Virus record (IMG/VR): IMGVR_UViG_3300032135_000003
Span: 32,001 to 96,000 of that record
Direction: 5' to 3' (one strand)
Source of the DNA: a virus
Taxonomy: Duplodnaviria > Caudoviricetes
DNA length: 64,000 bases
Shown here piece by piece: positions 47,047-57,000 of this stretch. Each line of letters begins with the position of its first letter. The stretch's first letter is position 1. Below the pieces are notes generated by a model that was not told where the DNA came from, did no database searches, and was given only the letters and a program-made list of their open reading frames with translations. A program made the translations under genes and the position numbers.

Positions 47047-47955
47047 ATGGCATCAACGTATAAAGAAGCATCTAAAAAGAATAAAGCAGCAGGATTAGGA
47101 GAAAAACCTGATAATGTCAGTGTTGAAAGCTGGAATAAAGCTTTAGACCTTTATAAAATGGCTGAGAGTAAGGGAGATGCCTACCCCGAGTTAACAGTTG
47201 CTCAGGCCATATTAGAAACTGGCTGGTTTAAAAGTCCATCTGGAAACCATAATTATTTTGGTCAAAAGGCTACGAATAGTCAAGCTGGGACTTCATACAA
47301 TACTAAAGAAGTTTCTAACGGTTCTTCGTATAATACTTCAAGTAGATTTAGGGATTACTCTAATTTAGGTGAGGCAGTAGACGACAGGATGAAAAAGTGG
47401 GGCTCTAAATATAAAGATGCGGCTAATGTAGAGGAAGCTTTATATAGTATATGGAGTTATGACGAGGAGAAAGGACAAGGAGTAGGATATGCCACTGATG
47501 ACAAGTATGATGAAAAAATAATTAATATACTTGGACAAATAGGCACACCAGTAGAAAAGGCTTATAAAGATAAATTTGGCTCATTAACTTATGCAGGAGC
47601 TACCCCACCAACACAAACTGAGGTAGTAGATGAGAAAGCTTTTCAAGAAAAAGAAGTTGACAAAACCGCAGTAGCTTCAAACCAAGACAGATTAAATCTT
47701 CAACTCCTAGAACAAAATCAGGAAATACTTACAAAACTCAACACACAAGAAGCTGAGAAAGAAGCAAGCAACAAAGCTGCAATAGCACAACAGAATTTAG
47801 ACAGGAAAGTAAGTGAGAAAAACTTCTTAAAAGAACTTATTATGAGCAGTGGTGTTAAAACCATGGAAGCTCCTAAAAGGAACAGTCAAGACTATCCTGA
47901 ACCTAATTCTCCTGGATACCCTAATTACTTTCAAGATGGGGGAAAATATAAATAA
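47047..47955 (+). CDS. Virion-associated glucosaminidase (GH73/FlgJ-like) peptidoglycan hydrolase
   Basis: AQAILETGW, HNYFGQK, FRDY and GYATD..Y..KII. Confidence 0.88.
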   Translation: MASTYKEASKKNKAAGLGEKPDNVSVESWNKALDLYKMAESKGDAYPELTVAQAILETGWFKSPSGNHNYFGQKATNSQAGTSYNTKEVSNGSSYNTSSRFRDYSNLGEAVDDRMKKWGSKYKDAANVEEALYSIWSYDEEKGQGVGYATDDKYDEKIINILGQIGTPVEKAYKDKFGSLTYAGATPPTQTEVVDEKAFQEKEVDKTAVASNQDRLNLQLLEQNQEILTKLNTQEAEKEASNKAAIAQQNLDRKVSEKNFLKELIMSSGVKTMEAPKRNSQDYPEPNSPGYPNYFQDGGKYK

Positions 47956-47997
47956 TAGAGCTGACAATTCAACTATACCAAATAACACAATATCATA

Positions 47998-50913
47998 ATG
48001 GATAACAAATCAAAATTAGGATATTCTAAAGACTCACCTTACAGGGATGAACCTTTTATCAACATACAATCGAACAACATTACCATGAAAGATACAGATC
48101 AAGACTTATTAGGGTTAGGAATTAAAAACGGAAAGATAGTAAAGGTTATTCCTATGAAAGCAGGAGAGTCTTCTAACTATGATTTTGGTGATGTTGATTC
48201 TGTATTAGAGATGCCTAAATTTCAGTTTGGGGGAATGTTTCAAAACACTGATATGGAGCAATTGGGTATTCAGACTATGTTGCCTACAAATGAAACAGGG
48301 TATAACATACCAACAAATAACTCTGTTGCAGATATAGGGGCAAGACCACAAGTACAATCTATATTTTCACCACAAACTTTCGGCACAACACAAAAAGAAA
48401 TTGATGGGCGTTCCACAGGAATTATTCAAAACAACCAAAAACCACAAGGAGAATTACTAAATCAAAAGATTGTAGACAGACATAATAAAATTAAAGAGGT
48501 AGATGACTCTCCAATAAATGATTACAACTCTCAAAATCCACAATCTAACCAAATGTACAACCCTTATGGAGGGGTAGACTTAGCTTCTGCTGCAAGTCTA
48601 TTTGGCAGAAGTATGAAAGAAGGTGATGCAGGTATGGGAATACTATCTGGGGCTAAATTAGGCTTAGGATTAGGAAGAAACATTATGGGGGGATATTCAA
48701 CCCAGAACAGAAATGAGTATGTAGACCAGTGGTCACAAGATCAGGATACCAAAGCACGTAATGGGAATTATGAGCAGTTCCAAGATGGAGGTTCTTATTT
48801 GACCAGAGAAGATATAGACTCTATAAAAAGAGACACGCAAATTGACTTTACAGATGAGGGGGCAAATAATTTATTTCAAAGAACTCCTACACAACAACAA
48901 AGTGCTCCACAATCAGATGTAAACTTAGGAAAATACAAAGATGTAGGATATTTTGATGTACTTCAAAACAAAGAAGATTCAATTAGTCTTACAAATACTT
49001 CAAAAAATCCACACAATCAAGATACAGTTAAAACTGTTTTAGACGAAATAAGAGGGTTAAATCCAGGAAAAGATTTAAACTTTGATTATACCCCTAATTT
49101 AGAAGATGGTGGTATGGCGAGAAAGCTTACAGGTGAATATGCAGAAGGGCTTGCAAATGAAAATCCAGACAAAGCTGTTGCAGAATTAGAAAAAGGAGAG
49201 TATATGCAGTCACCAGATGGAGAAATTGCCGAAGTTGAAGGAAAAACCCACGAAGAAGGGGGAGAGAAAATGACAGCAGAACAAATGGAAGCAGGTACTA
49301 AAGTTATTTCTGATAATCTTAAAATAGGTGCTGAGAATGCAAAAGCCTTTAAAGATAAATATGATATCAAAATAAGTGCAAAAGACACTTATGCCACTGT
49401 TATAGATAAAGCCTCAAAGAAAATAGGACTAAAGTCTGTTGTAGAGGAACAGGAAGAAGTGATAAAAACCATTGAGAAAAATCAAGATACAACTCAGACA
49501 AATACCCAAAAATTAAATTTGCAATTTCTATCAAAGAAACTTCAAGAACTAGAGCAAAAGAAAGCTCCATTAGAAGAAGCTAGAAAAGCAATTACTGATG
49601 ATGTATATGAAAGACAAGAAGCTTCTAAACCAAAAGAAAAGCAATCCACAGTTATGGAAGATGGAGGAAGTATAGATAGTGCATTTGTCAAAAGCCTTGC
49701 AGAGAAGCACGGAGTAAATTATGACTCTGCATATCAAATGGTTCAAGAGTTTAAAAATGGTGGTGGTTATGTACCTAAGTACCAAGATGGTAAAAATGAG
49801 CAAGAAGTAACAACACAAACAGGAAAAAATCCATTTATTTTTACAAACCCTGAGTCTCAACCTATGACGGATGAGAATAGATTTGCCGCAGGTACAGTAA
49901 ACACGGAGAATTACTCTGAAAGGATGATGGCTTTATGGAGAGAGTTCCCTAACTTAATGGCAGAAAATTTTGAGATCATTCAAGATGAAAAAGGTATACA
50001 AGATGTAAAACCTCGTTTTGGGCAAGAGTCTGTTAAAAATCTTCAGGAGGGGATTAATAGAGTATATGAAGAAAACTTACAGAAAACAGAGCAGATTAAA
50101 GACCCCAATAAAAGAAAAGAGCTTCAAGATGCTATCAAAGCAGAAATGTTTACAGGAGAAGGCTATAAATCTTTTGATGCTTTAATAGGAGATTTTACCA
50201 GCTCTAGGAGAAATATAGATTTTGGCTTAAAAGAAGCAATGGGCGAGGAAATAAAGTCTCCTGAGACACCAGAAGTTCCAGCAGCAGACCAAGGACAGAA
50301 TAAAACAGATTCACAAGGTAGAGCTGCATTACCATTACTACCCGATCAGAGTATAATGCCGCCCTCAGCTCAGGATGCACATTTAAAGAATAACTATAGA
50401 TTTAACAGGATTGAAGCAAATAAAGTTAATCCTGAACAAGCTTTAGCTAACTTAAGCTCTCAGTTTGAAACAGGAGTAAACTCAGCTAATCAAAGACCTG
50501 ACTCACAAAGAAGCGCACTTTTAGCTCAAATGTTGGCGGGAACTGGAAATAATTCTAATCAAATTATAAATCAAACTAATTCTCAAAATCAAGTTGAGCA
50601 AAACCGTGTAGATTCCTATAACGCACAAATAGGAGACAGAGAAATGGGGGCTAATGCTAATGAAAGAACTCGTTTTGAAAAGCTTCAAATGATGGCTAAG
50701 AATAATACAGACCAAGATTATAGAGACTGGATGAAGTATAATTCTGACTTGAATGTGGAAAAGTACAATACTATAAATAGGATGAATTTGATGAATGAGT
50801 TATTTGATAATTATTCTTATGAAAATGGGCAGGTAAAACAAAAGGCAGGGAGTATACTTAACTCTCCAGGACGTACACCGCAGCCTAAAGTAGTACAAAC
50901 CAAAAAGAAATAA
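47998..50913 (+). CDS. Internal virion/ejection protein
   Basis: Gln/Asn-rich 971 aa with AELEKGE...G.THEEGG...VISDNLK and repeated hydrophobic-x-x-GG motifs. Confidence 0.7.
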   Translation: MDNKSKLGYSKDSPYRDEPFINIQSNNITMKDTDQDLLGLGIKNGKIVKVIPMKAGESSNYDFGDVDSVLEMPKFQFGGMFQNTDMEQLGIQTMLPTNETGYNIPTNNSVADIGARPQVQSIFSPQTFGTTQKEIDGRSTGIIQNNQKPQGELLNQKIVDRHNKIKEVDDSPINDYNSQNPQSNQMYNPYGGVDLASAASLFGRSMKEGDAGMGILSGAKLGLGLGRNIMGGYSTQNRNEYVDQWSQDQDTKARNGNYEQFQDGGSYLTREDIDSIKRDTQIDFTDEGANNLFQRTPTQQQSAPQSDVNLGKYKDVGYFDVLQNKEDSISLTNTSKNPHNQDTVKTVLDEIRGLNPGKDLNFDYTPNLEDGGMARKLTGEYAEGLANENPDKAVAELEKGEYMQSPDGEIAEVEGKTHEEGGEKMTAEQMEAGTKVISDNLKIGAENAKAFKDKYDIKISAKDTYATVIDKASKKIGLKSVVEEQEEVIKTIEKNQDTTQTNTQKLNLQFLSKKLQELEQKKAPLEEARKAITDDVYERQEASKPKEKQSTVMEDGGSIDSAFVKSLAEKHGVNYDSAYQMVQEFKNGGGYVPKYQDGKNEQEVTTQTGKNPFIFTNPESQPMTDENRFAAGTVNTENYSERMMALWREFPNLMAENFEIIQDEKGIQDVKPRFGQESVKNLQEGINRVYEENLQKTEQIKDPNKRKELQDAIKAEMFTGEGYKSFDALIGDFTSSRRNIDFGLKEAMGEEIKSPETPEVPAADQGQNKTDSQGRAALPLLPDQSIMPPSAQDAHLKNNYRFNRIEANKVNPEQALANLSSQFETGVNSANQRPDSQRSALLAQMLAGTGNNSNQIINQTNSQNQVEQNRVDSYNAQIGDREMGANANERTRFEKLQMMAKNNTDQDYRDWMKYNSDLNVEKYNTINRMNLMNELFDNYSYENGQVKQKAGSILNSPGRTPQPKVVQTKKK

Positions 50914-50987
50914 TTATCAACCCTACACTAAGAAACTTTAACATTCCAATAACATTTCTTACATTTGCACTAAATACAATATAAAAC

Positions 50988-53900
50988 ATGGCTAACGCAT
51001 TTTCACAACCAGGTCAGTTCAAAAACCTAAAAATTCAATCAACTTTTGATACTCAGTTGGTAGCCACTGTATTAGGCGCAAAACAGGCTAGATATGATTC
51101 CAACTTACAGGAAATAGATAACGCTTTAGCTGAGTATGGAAACATAGACTTAGCTAGACCAGAGGATAAAGCATACCTTAAAGAGCGTTTAGACGAGTTA
51201 ACATCCCAAGTTAACGGTGCTGGAATGCAAGATTTATCCTCTTCCGCAGTTACCAGAAACATAGAAAAACATTTAGACCAAGCTTTAGATGAGAAAGTTT
51301 TAGCTCAGGCTGGAATTACGCAACAAATAAGACAATTTCAATCAAAAGTAAAACAAGTACAAGAAAAAAGCCCAGAACTATATACCGAGCAGAATGCCGC
51401 TTTTGCCATGGATCAAGCAGGACTACAAGATTATTATAATGGCGCTGATGCTCAAGGTAATAAAGTAGATAGTTTAAGAGGAAGACTAGAGTACACACCT
51501 TATAGCAATCTTTCTGATAAGTACAGGGAAATTTTAGATAAAGATTTAAAGGTTAAAGAGGGAATTACCAGAAAAGTACCCGACCCCAAAAACCCAGGAC
51601 AATACGTTGAAACCACAGTAAAAGGGCTTGACAGAATAGACATCAGAAATAAAGTTTTATTAGGATTAACACCCCAAGATTTAAAACAGGCAGAAATAGA
51701 CGCTTGGGCTAAATACGGGGACAACGCAAAAGAGATTTATTCAAATTATGTGCAACCTAAAATTGATGAGTATCAGGCAGAAATAGACGGGTTAAATTTA
51801 AACAGGGAGGGTAAAACAGAAGCTGAAAAAGCTATTGCAGACAACAATATTGAAAAAAGACAAAAATCAATTGATGATTTAACTTCTAACAAAAAGAGTC
51901 TTTCAGAAATTCACAGATTTTTAGGGAAAGAAGAGTTGGGGGAAAGTCTAGCAGCTATCTATGCACCTGTAAACACCTCTTTAAAATATAGCACTGATGA
52001 CGGTTATTACAAAGAGTTAGAAATGATTTCTAAAAGAGCACAATCGGCTATAGGATATGACGATGCTAATAAAAATACCCAACCAGACGTACGTTCTCGT
52101 AAAATAGAGACAGAACATGAAGATAATTACATTCCTACTCAAAAGGCAGAAACAGAAATAGAGTCTTATAAACAAGGATTAGATACTCTTTTTAATGTTG
52201 CTTACAATAGGCTTCCAGAAGAAGAAAAAAATAAATTTGATACAGCTTACAAACAGTTTATAGAAGATGGGGAATTAGAAGATAATGCTTCAAACAAGTC
52301 TTCTTTTATGGTACAAAATAGTGGTGGTGGTAAAGGAAATTATTACAACGTTTTGGAAGTAGCAGAAGCTAAAGACCTAAATTGGAGGTACAAGCAAAAA
52401 CTCGAAATACAAGTAGGTAATTATAATGAGGCTTTAGATGAAAAGGAAGCTGTAAACTTTACAGAAATATTTAGAGTTCTAAAAGACAGAGGTGAAAATG
52501 AGAATATTAAAATGCTCGATGAAAAAGGAAATGTGGTTTCCATGACTAAATACCTTTCTAGTGTAGAGAATATAGAGGACTTGACAGCTATTCAGAAGAA
52601 AACGCTTTTAAAATCTGTTTATGCTGATATAACTTTGTCTCAGACCAAAGATTTTGATATAAAAGGGGGAGTAAATGCTAAAAACACTTATAATATAAGC
52701 AGATCAGCAAAACTTAATGGAGAGTCAGGGAAAAGCCTTCCTATGTTGTTGAACCCAAGAGACATTATATATTCTGCATACTCAGATGAGGAGTTTACGT
52801 ATGATTTTGAAAAGTTAAAAAAGGATATGCAGTTACCTCCTCAAATAACTAAAAAACAGTTTAAGGAGAGTATACAACCTTTAATGGAAAAAAGTATACA
52901 AAGTCTACAAGGCAATGTCCCAGGTGTACTTCAACAGTCATTAAATGTTATGAGTAAGATACCACTCGTAGGGGGCATAATCTCATGGGGAAAGGAAGTG
53001 GGGGAAACTGTAAAAACTAACATGGCAAGAGAATTTGGTTTTAGAAACCCAGCTAATAATATAATAATTGGTGGAGAAGGGACTAAAACAAGAAAAGACT
53101 TAGAAGATGCTTTACAGAATAAACTATATGATGATAGCTGGGGAACACGAGATGACTCAGTAGAAGATGATACAGACCTTAGAAGAGTTTTAGATGATAG
53201 AGATAGTTTTAGAAGTATTTATGAAGCTAAGATGGCAGAAGATGGTGCAAATTTTGCTCAAAATAACGAGGTTATAGTTGAAGCATCCACTGGAAGACAG
53301 GGAGAATATGTACCAGCTTTTGAAGAACTAAAAGACCTTGGTGGAGTAAAGTTCGAGTATAACCAGCCAGTTTATGTTAGAGATGAGGGAGACCACTATT
53401 TTGCATACCAGACAGATGTAGAGGTAACTAAAAAGGATGATGAAGATAGCATAACCAAAAATAGCACTAGGAGTGCCAGTATCGATAAAACAAATTTTAA
53501 ACAAAACAGCCCTCTTTTGAAATGGCTTGACCAACAATCAGATCGTCAAAGAGTCACTTCTGACAACACAAAGGAGTTAGTATCAGAATCAGCGGGATTT
53601 GCAGATGCAGAGAGTCAAAGAAGCTACATAGTAGGTATGGGGCAATTAACTGGTATTAAGTCAGAAAAGGAATTAGCTAAGTTTACGGCAGAAGGGGCTA
53701 AAAACCACTTACTTGATACACATAAAAAGATATTTGATGGTTCTGTAGAAGGTATAAAAGCTGAGGCACTGATTAATAAAATAGTAGACAACGGACACCT
53801 TTTTAGAATTAAAATGCAAGCTAATGATAGGGGATTGTATGAAATGGCTATTCAGTATCAGGCTAAAGAAGATGGAAAAGTTAAGTGGGATAATTTAAAA

Positions 53901-54071
53901 GTAATACCTACAGATACAAATGACATAACAGGTTCAGTGTCTTTAATAGACACAGCACCCCAAATTTTCTTATTAGACTATATGGATAAGCTACTTACAG
54001 ATATAGAATTTAGAGGTACAAAAAGCGTTAAAGGACAGTTAGAAAAATTAAGCAATATATTCCCTGAATAA
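50988..54071 (+). CDS. Internal virion/ejection protein
   Basis: 1027 aa with helical N-terminus (KQARYD) and YTPY motif. TACATTTG at 50960 lies upstream. Confidence 0.65.
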   Translation: MANAFSQPGQFKNLKIQSTFDTQLVATVLGAKQARYDSNLQEIDNALAEYGNIDLARPEDKAYLKERLDELTSQVNGAGMQDLSSSAVTRNIEKHLDQALDEKVLAQAGITQQIRQFQSKVKQVQEKSPELYTEQNAAFAMDQAGLQDYYNGADAQGNKVDSLRGRLEYTPYSNLSDKYREILDKDLKVKEGITRKVPDPKNPGQYVETTVKGLDRIDIRNKVLLGLTPQDLKQAEIDAWAKYGDNAKEIYSNYVQPKIDEYQAEIDGLNLNREGKTEAEKAIADNNIEKRQKSIDDLTSNKKSLSEIHRFLGKEELGESLAAIYAPVNTSLKYSTDDGYYKELEMISKRAQSAIGYDDANKNTQPDVRSRKIETEHEDNYIPTQKAETEIESYKQGLDTLFNVAYNRLPEEEKNKFDTAYKQFIEDGELEDNASNKSSFMVQNSGGGKGNYYNVLEVAEAKDLNWRYKQKLEIQVGNYNEALDEKEAVNFTEIFRVLKDRGENENIKMLDEKGNVVSMTKYLSSVENIEDLTAIQKKTLLKSVYADITLSQTKDFDIKGGVNAKNTYNISRSAKLNGESGKSLPMLLNPRDIIYSAYSDEEFTYDFEKLKKDMQLPPQITKKQFKESIQPLMEKSIQSLQGNVPGVLQQSLNVMSKIPLVGGIISWGKEVGETVKTNMAREFGFRNPANNIIIGGEGTKTRKDLEDALQNKLYDDSWGTRDDSVEDDTDLRRVLDDRDSFRSIYEAKMAEDGANFAQNNEVIVEASTGRQGEYVPAFEELKDLGGVKFEYNQPVYVRDEGDHYFAYQTDVEVTKKDDEDSITKNSTRSASIDKTNFKQNSPLLKWLDQQSDRQRVTSDNTKELVSESAGFADAESQRSYIVGMGQLTGIKSEKELAKFTAEGAKNHLLDTHKKIFDGSVEGIKAEALINKIVDNGHLFRIKMQANDRGLYEMAIQYQAKEDGKVKWDNLKVIPTDTNDITGSVSLIDTAPQIFLLDYMDKLLTDIEFRGTKSVKGQLEKLSNIFPE

Positions 54072-57000
54072 ATGGAAGAAAAAGAACCTATATTTAGTTA
54101 TACACCAAAAGCGCAAACAAATCAAGACCAAGTATCCTCTATTGCAGAGGATATTAAGGCTAAATACCCTGCCCCGAACTCTACAAATCAGATTCAGAGT
54201 CAGGGCTCTGCCTTTGATACCCCCAGCTCTTTATTTTCTCAACCAAAAAATGACTACAAAGTTTCTTTTAAGGACTACAGTGTAAAAGCGGATGAGATAT
54301 ACACGCAATTATCCGACGGGTCTTATCAGTCAAAGTATAAAAACTATATTCAAGGAACAGATAATAACGAAAGACTTGCACAAAGTCAAACCTCAGGAGA
54401 ACAGTGGAGTAATGGACTTGTAAAACTTGTAGGTAAAACCAGTACTGCTGTTTTAGGAGGTACTATAGGGAGTGTAGTAGGATTAGGAGAACTAATTTCA
54501 ACAGGCTCTTTGAGTGCTATGTACAACAATGATTTTAACAAATATCTTGACACTCTAAATGAGAAGATGGATTATAAATTACCTAACTACTACACAGAAC
54601 AAGAGAGAAATGAAAATTTTGGACAAAGTTTAGACAATACAAATTTCTGGGCAAATGATGTTTTAGGGGGACTGTCTTTTACATTAGGTACAATAGTATC
54701 AGAGGGTATATGGGCAGCAGCTACAGGTGGAGCAGGATTAGCAGTTTCAGGAGCAAGAGTAGCAGCAAGAGCAGGATTAGGAGGATTTAAAACCGCAGCA
54801 CAATTAGCAAGAGCAAATGCCAAAGCAGCCAAACTTGGAAAAGCCTTTTTAAGAGGCGCAGAATACTCAGGAGAAGCTGTTAACAAAGTAGGAAGGGGAT
54901 TAGAATTATTTAATACTGCAAGGTTCACTTACACCTCAGCAGGTTATGAAGCAGGGGTAGAGGCTAGAACCTTTATGAAAGAAGCGGAAGAAAACTACCG
55001 TTATACTTTTGAACAACAAAATGGAAGACCACCATCACCAGAGGAATACGCAGCTTTTAATGTAGATATGGTGAACACAGCAAATACCGTTTTTACAATA
55101 AATACTGCACTTGTAGGCTCGTCTAATTTAGCGGTATTTGGTAGAATGTATGGATTAAGAAACCCTTTTAAATCTACAACAAGTGGAGTCAATAAAAGTC
55201 TTTTTGGCTTAGGAACAAAACAGGGTATGGCTGAAGGTAGAAAAGTACTTGAAGTCTTAAAACCAACCAAATTACAAAAATTTGCAGGAAAAACCTATGG
55301 AATTCTAAAAGCTCCAGCAGTAGAAGGAGTATGGGAAGAAGGGATGCAAGCTGTTACCTCTAATGGGGCTCAGGCTTGGCTTAATTCTACTTATGATGCC
55401 AATGCAACTAAAGAGAATATAAGTCTTTCTGAGGCAGCTTATGAAGGACTGTCCCATACTTATGGAACCAAAGAAGGTTGGAAGGAAGTAGGAATAGGAA
55501 TGATTATAGGTTTAGTTGGCGGGGGGATTGCCACAGGGGGAAAATTTAATGAAGTAAGTAAATCCCGTAAAGACTTAGCAACTAAGGTAGGGGAAATAAA
55601 CACTTTTTCAGCCGAAAACACTTTAGAAAATTTTAAAATACAAAATCAGGTATCCCAAGCAGTTAAGGACATTGAGAAAGCCGAAGCAAGTAATGATCTT
55701 TTAGGAAAAGACTTAGCTACCAGAAGATTACTGTACACCAATGCCAGAGCAAATGCAAGGTTTGGTAGAGATGAAGCATCAGAAGATTTTAAAGCTTCAC
55801 TTCAAGGTTTAGATAATGATTACTTTGCCAGTATTGGTATTGATGTATCTACTGAGGAAGGTGCAAAAGAAGCTCAGGATTTAAAAGACAGTTTATATAC
55901 TCAATATAAAGACGTACAAAAACAGTATAAAACAAATAGAACTACAGCCGAGTACTTAGTAGGTAGAAGCCAGTTAGAAGGTGTTGATAATACAGAGGAA
56001 TTGATAGAATCAGTTGCTTACAATATCACCATGGGAGAACAGTCTGATAAGTTTGCAAGCCAAGCTTTTGAGGCTATCGAGGAAAATATGACCGATGAGC
56101 TTGGGGTGAAGATTGTAGGCGGGATAAAAATAAGAACAACTTTAGATAAAGCTCACAAAAATACCAGAGAACGTTTTTACTACCACAGAAATAAACTCAA
56201 AGCTGCCACAGAAGAATTATCAAAAGCAGAACTGGAATTAAGAGATGCCCAAGCTGCACTTGCGGCTGCACCGAGAGAAAATAATATAACTGTTACCAAA
56301 AGACTAGCTAAAGCTCAGGAAAACTTACTTAAGATAACTGAGAGAAAGACCAGCGAAGAGAACTTGATGAATCAGACCTATGCAATGGCACAGGCTGAGA
56401 ATCCATATTCAGGCACAGCAAATGTTTTGGAAAGTGATTTAGAAGCAGCAGACACAAATCTAAATGAAGGGGAAAAATATCTTGACAATTTAAAAGAGAC
56501 CAACCCACAAAAGTTTAGAACACTTGAAAAGCTGTTTAAGGAATATCATAAAGCTAACTATGCTTTCAGACAGTTTAATGAAACTGTTCAAGGTTTGACA
56601 AATGATAATTTAAAAATGCAAGAAGCTTCAAACGCTTTAAGCAAAAAAATATTTGGTCAGAAAACACCTAATGAGTTTACAAAAGAGTTTTTCATTAAAA
56701 ACCTAGAAGCATACAGAGGTGATTTTGCAGAAACCCAAGGGGAATTTTTAGGAAATCAATTTAAAAATCAGACAGACAAGAAAAACAATATTGAGGATAA
56801 ACTCTTTAAAGATGAAAAGCTATCCCCAGAAGAGCAAGAGGTTTATAACAGTTTCAAAGAAGAAATAGATACCAATGTAAAATCCAAACAACTTGCAGAG
56901 AGAATTTTGGATGAAGGACAGGATTTCTTAACAGGAGATGATCTAACTTTCTTTAATGAAAATAAAGATAAGATAAACCAGATTATAAGTGAAAAGGAAA

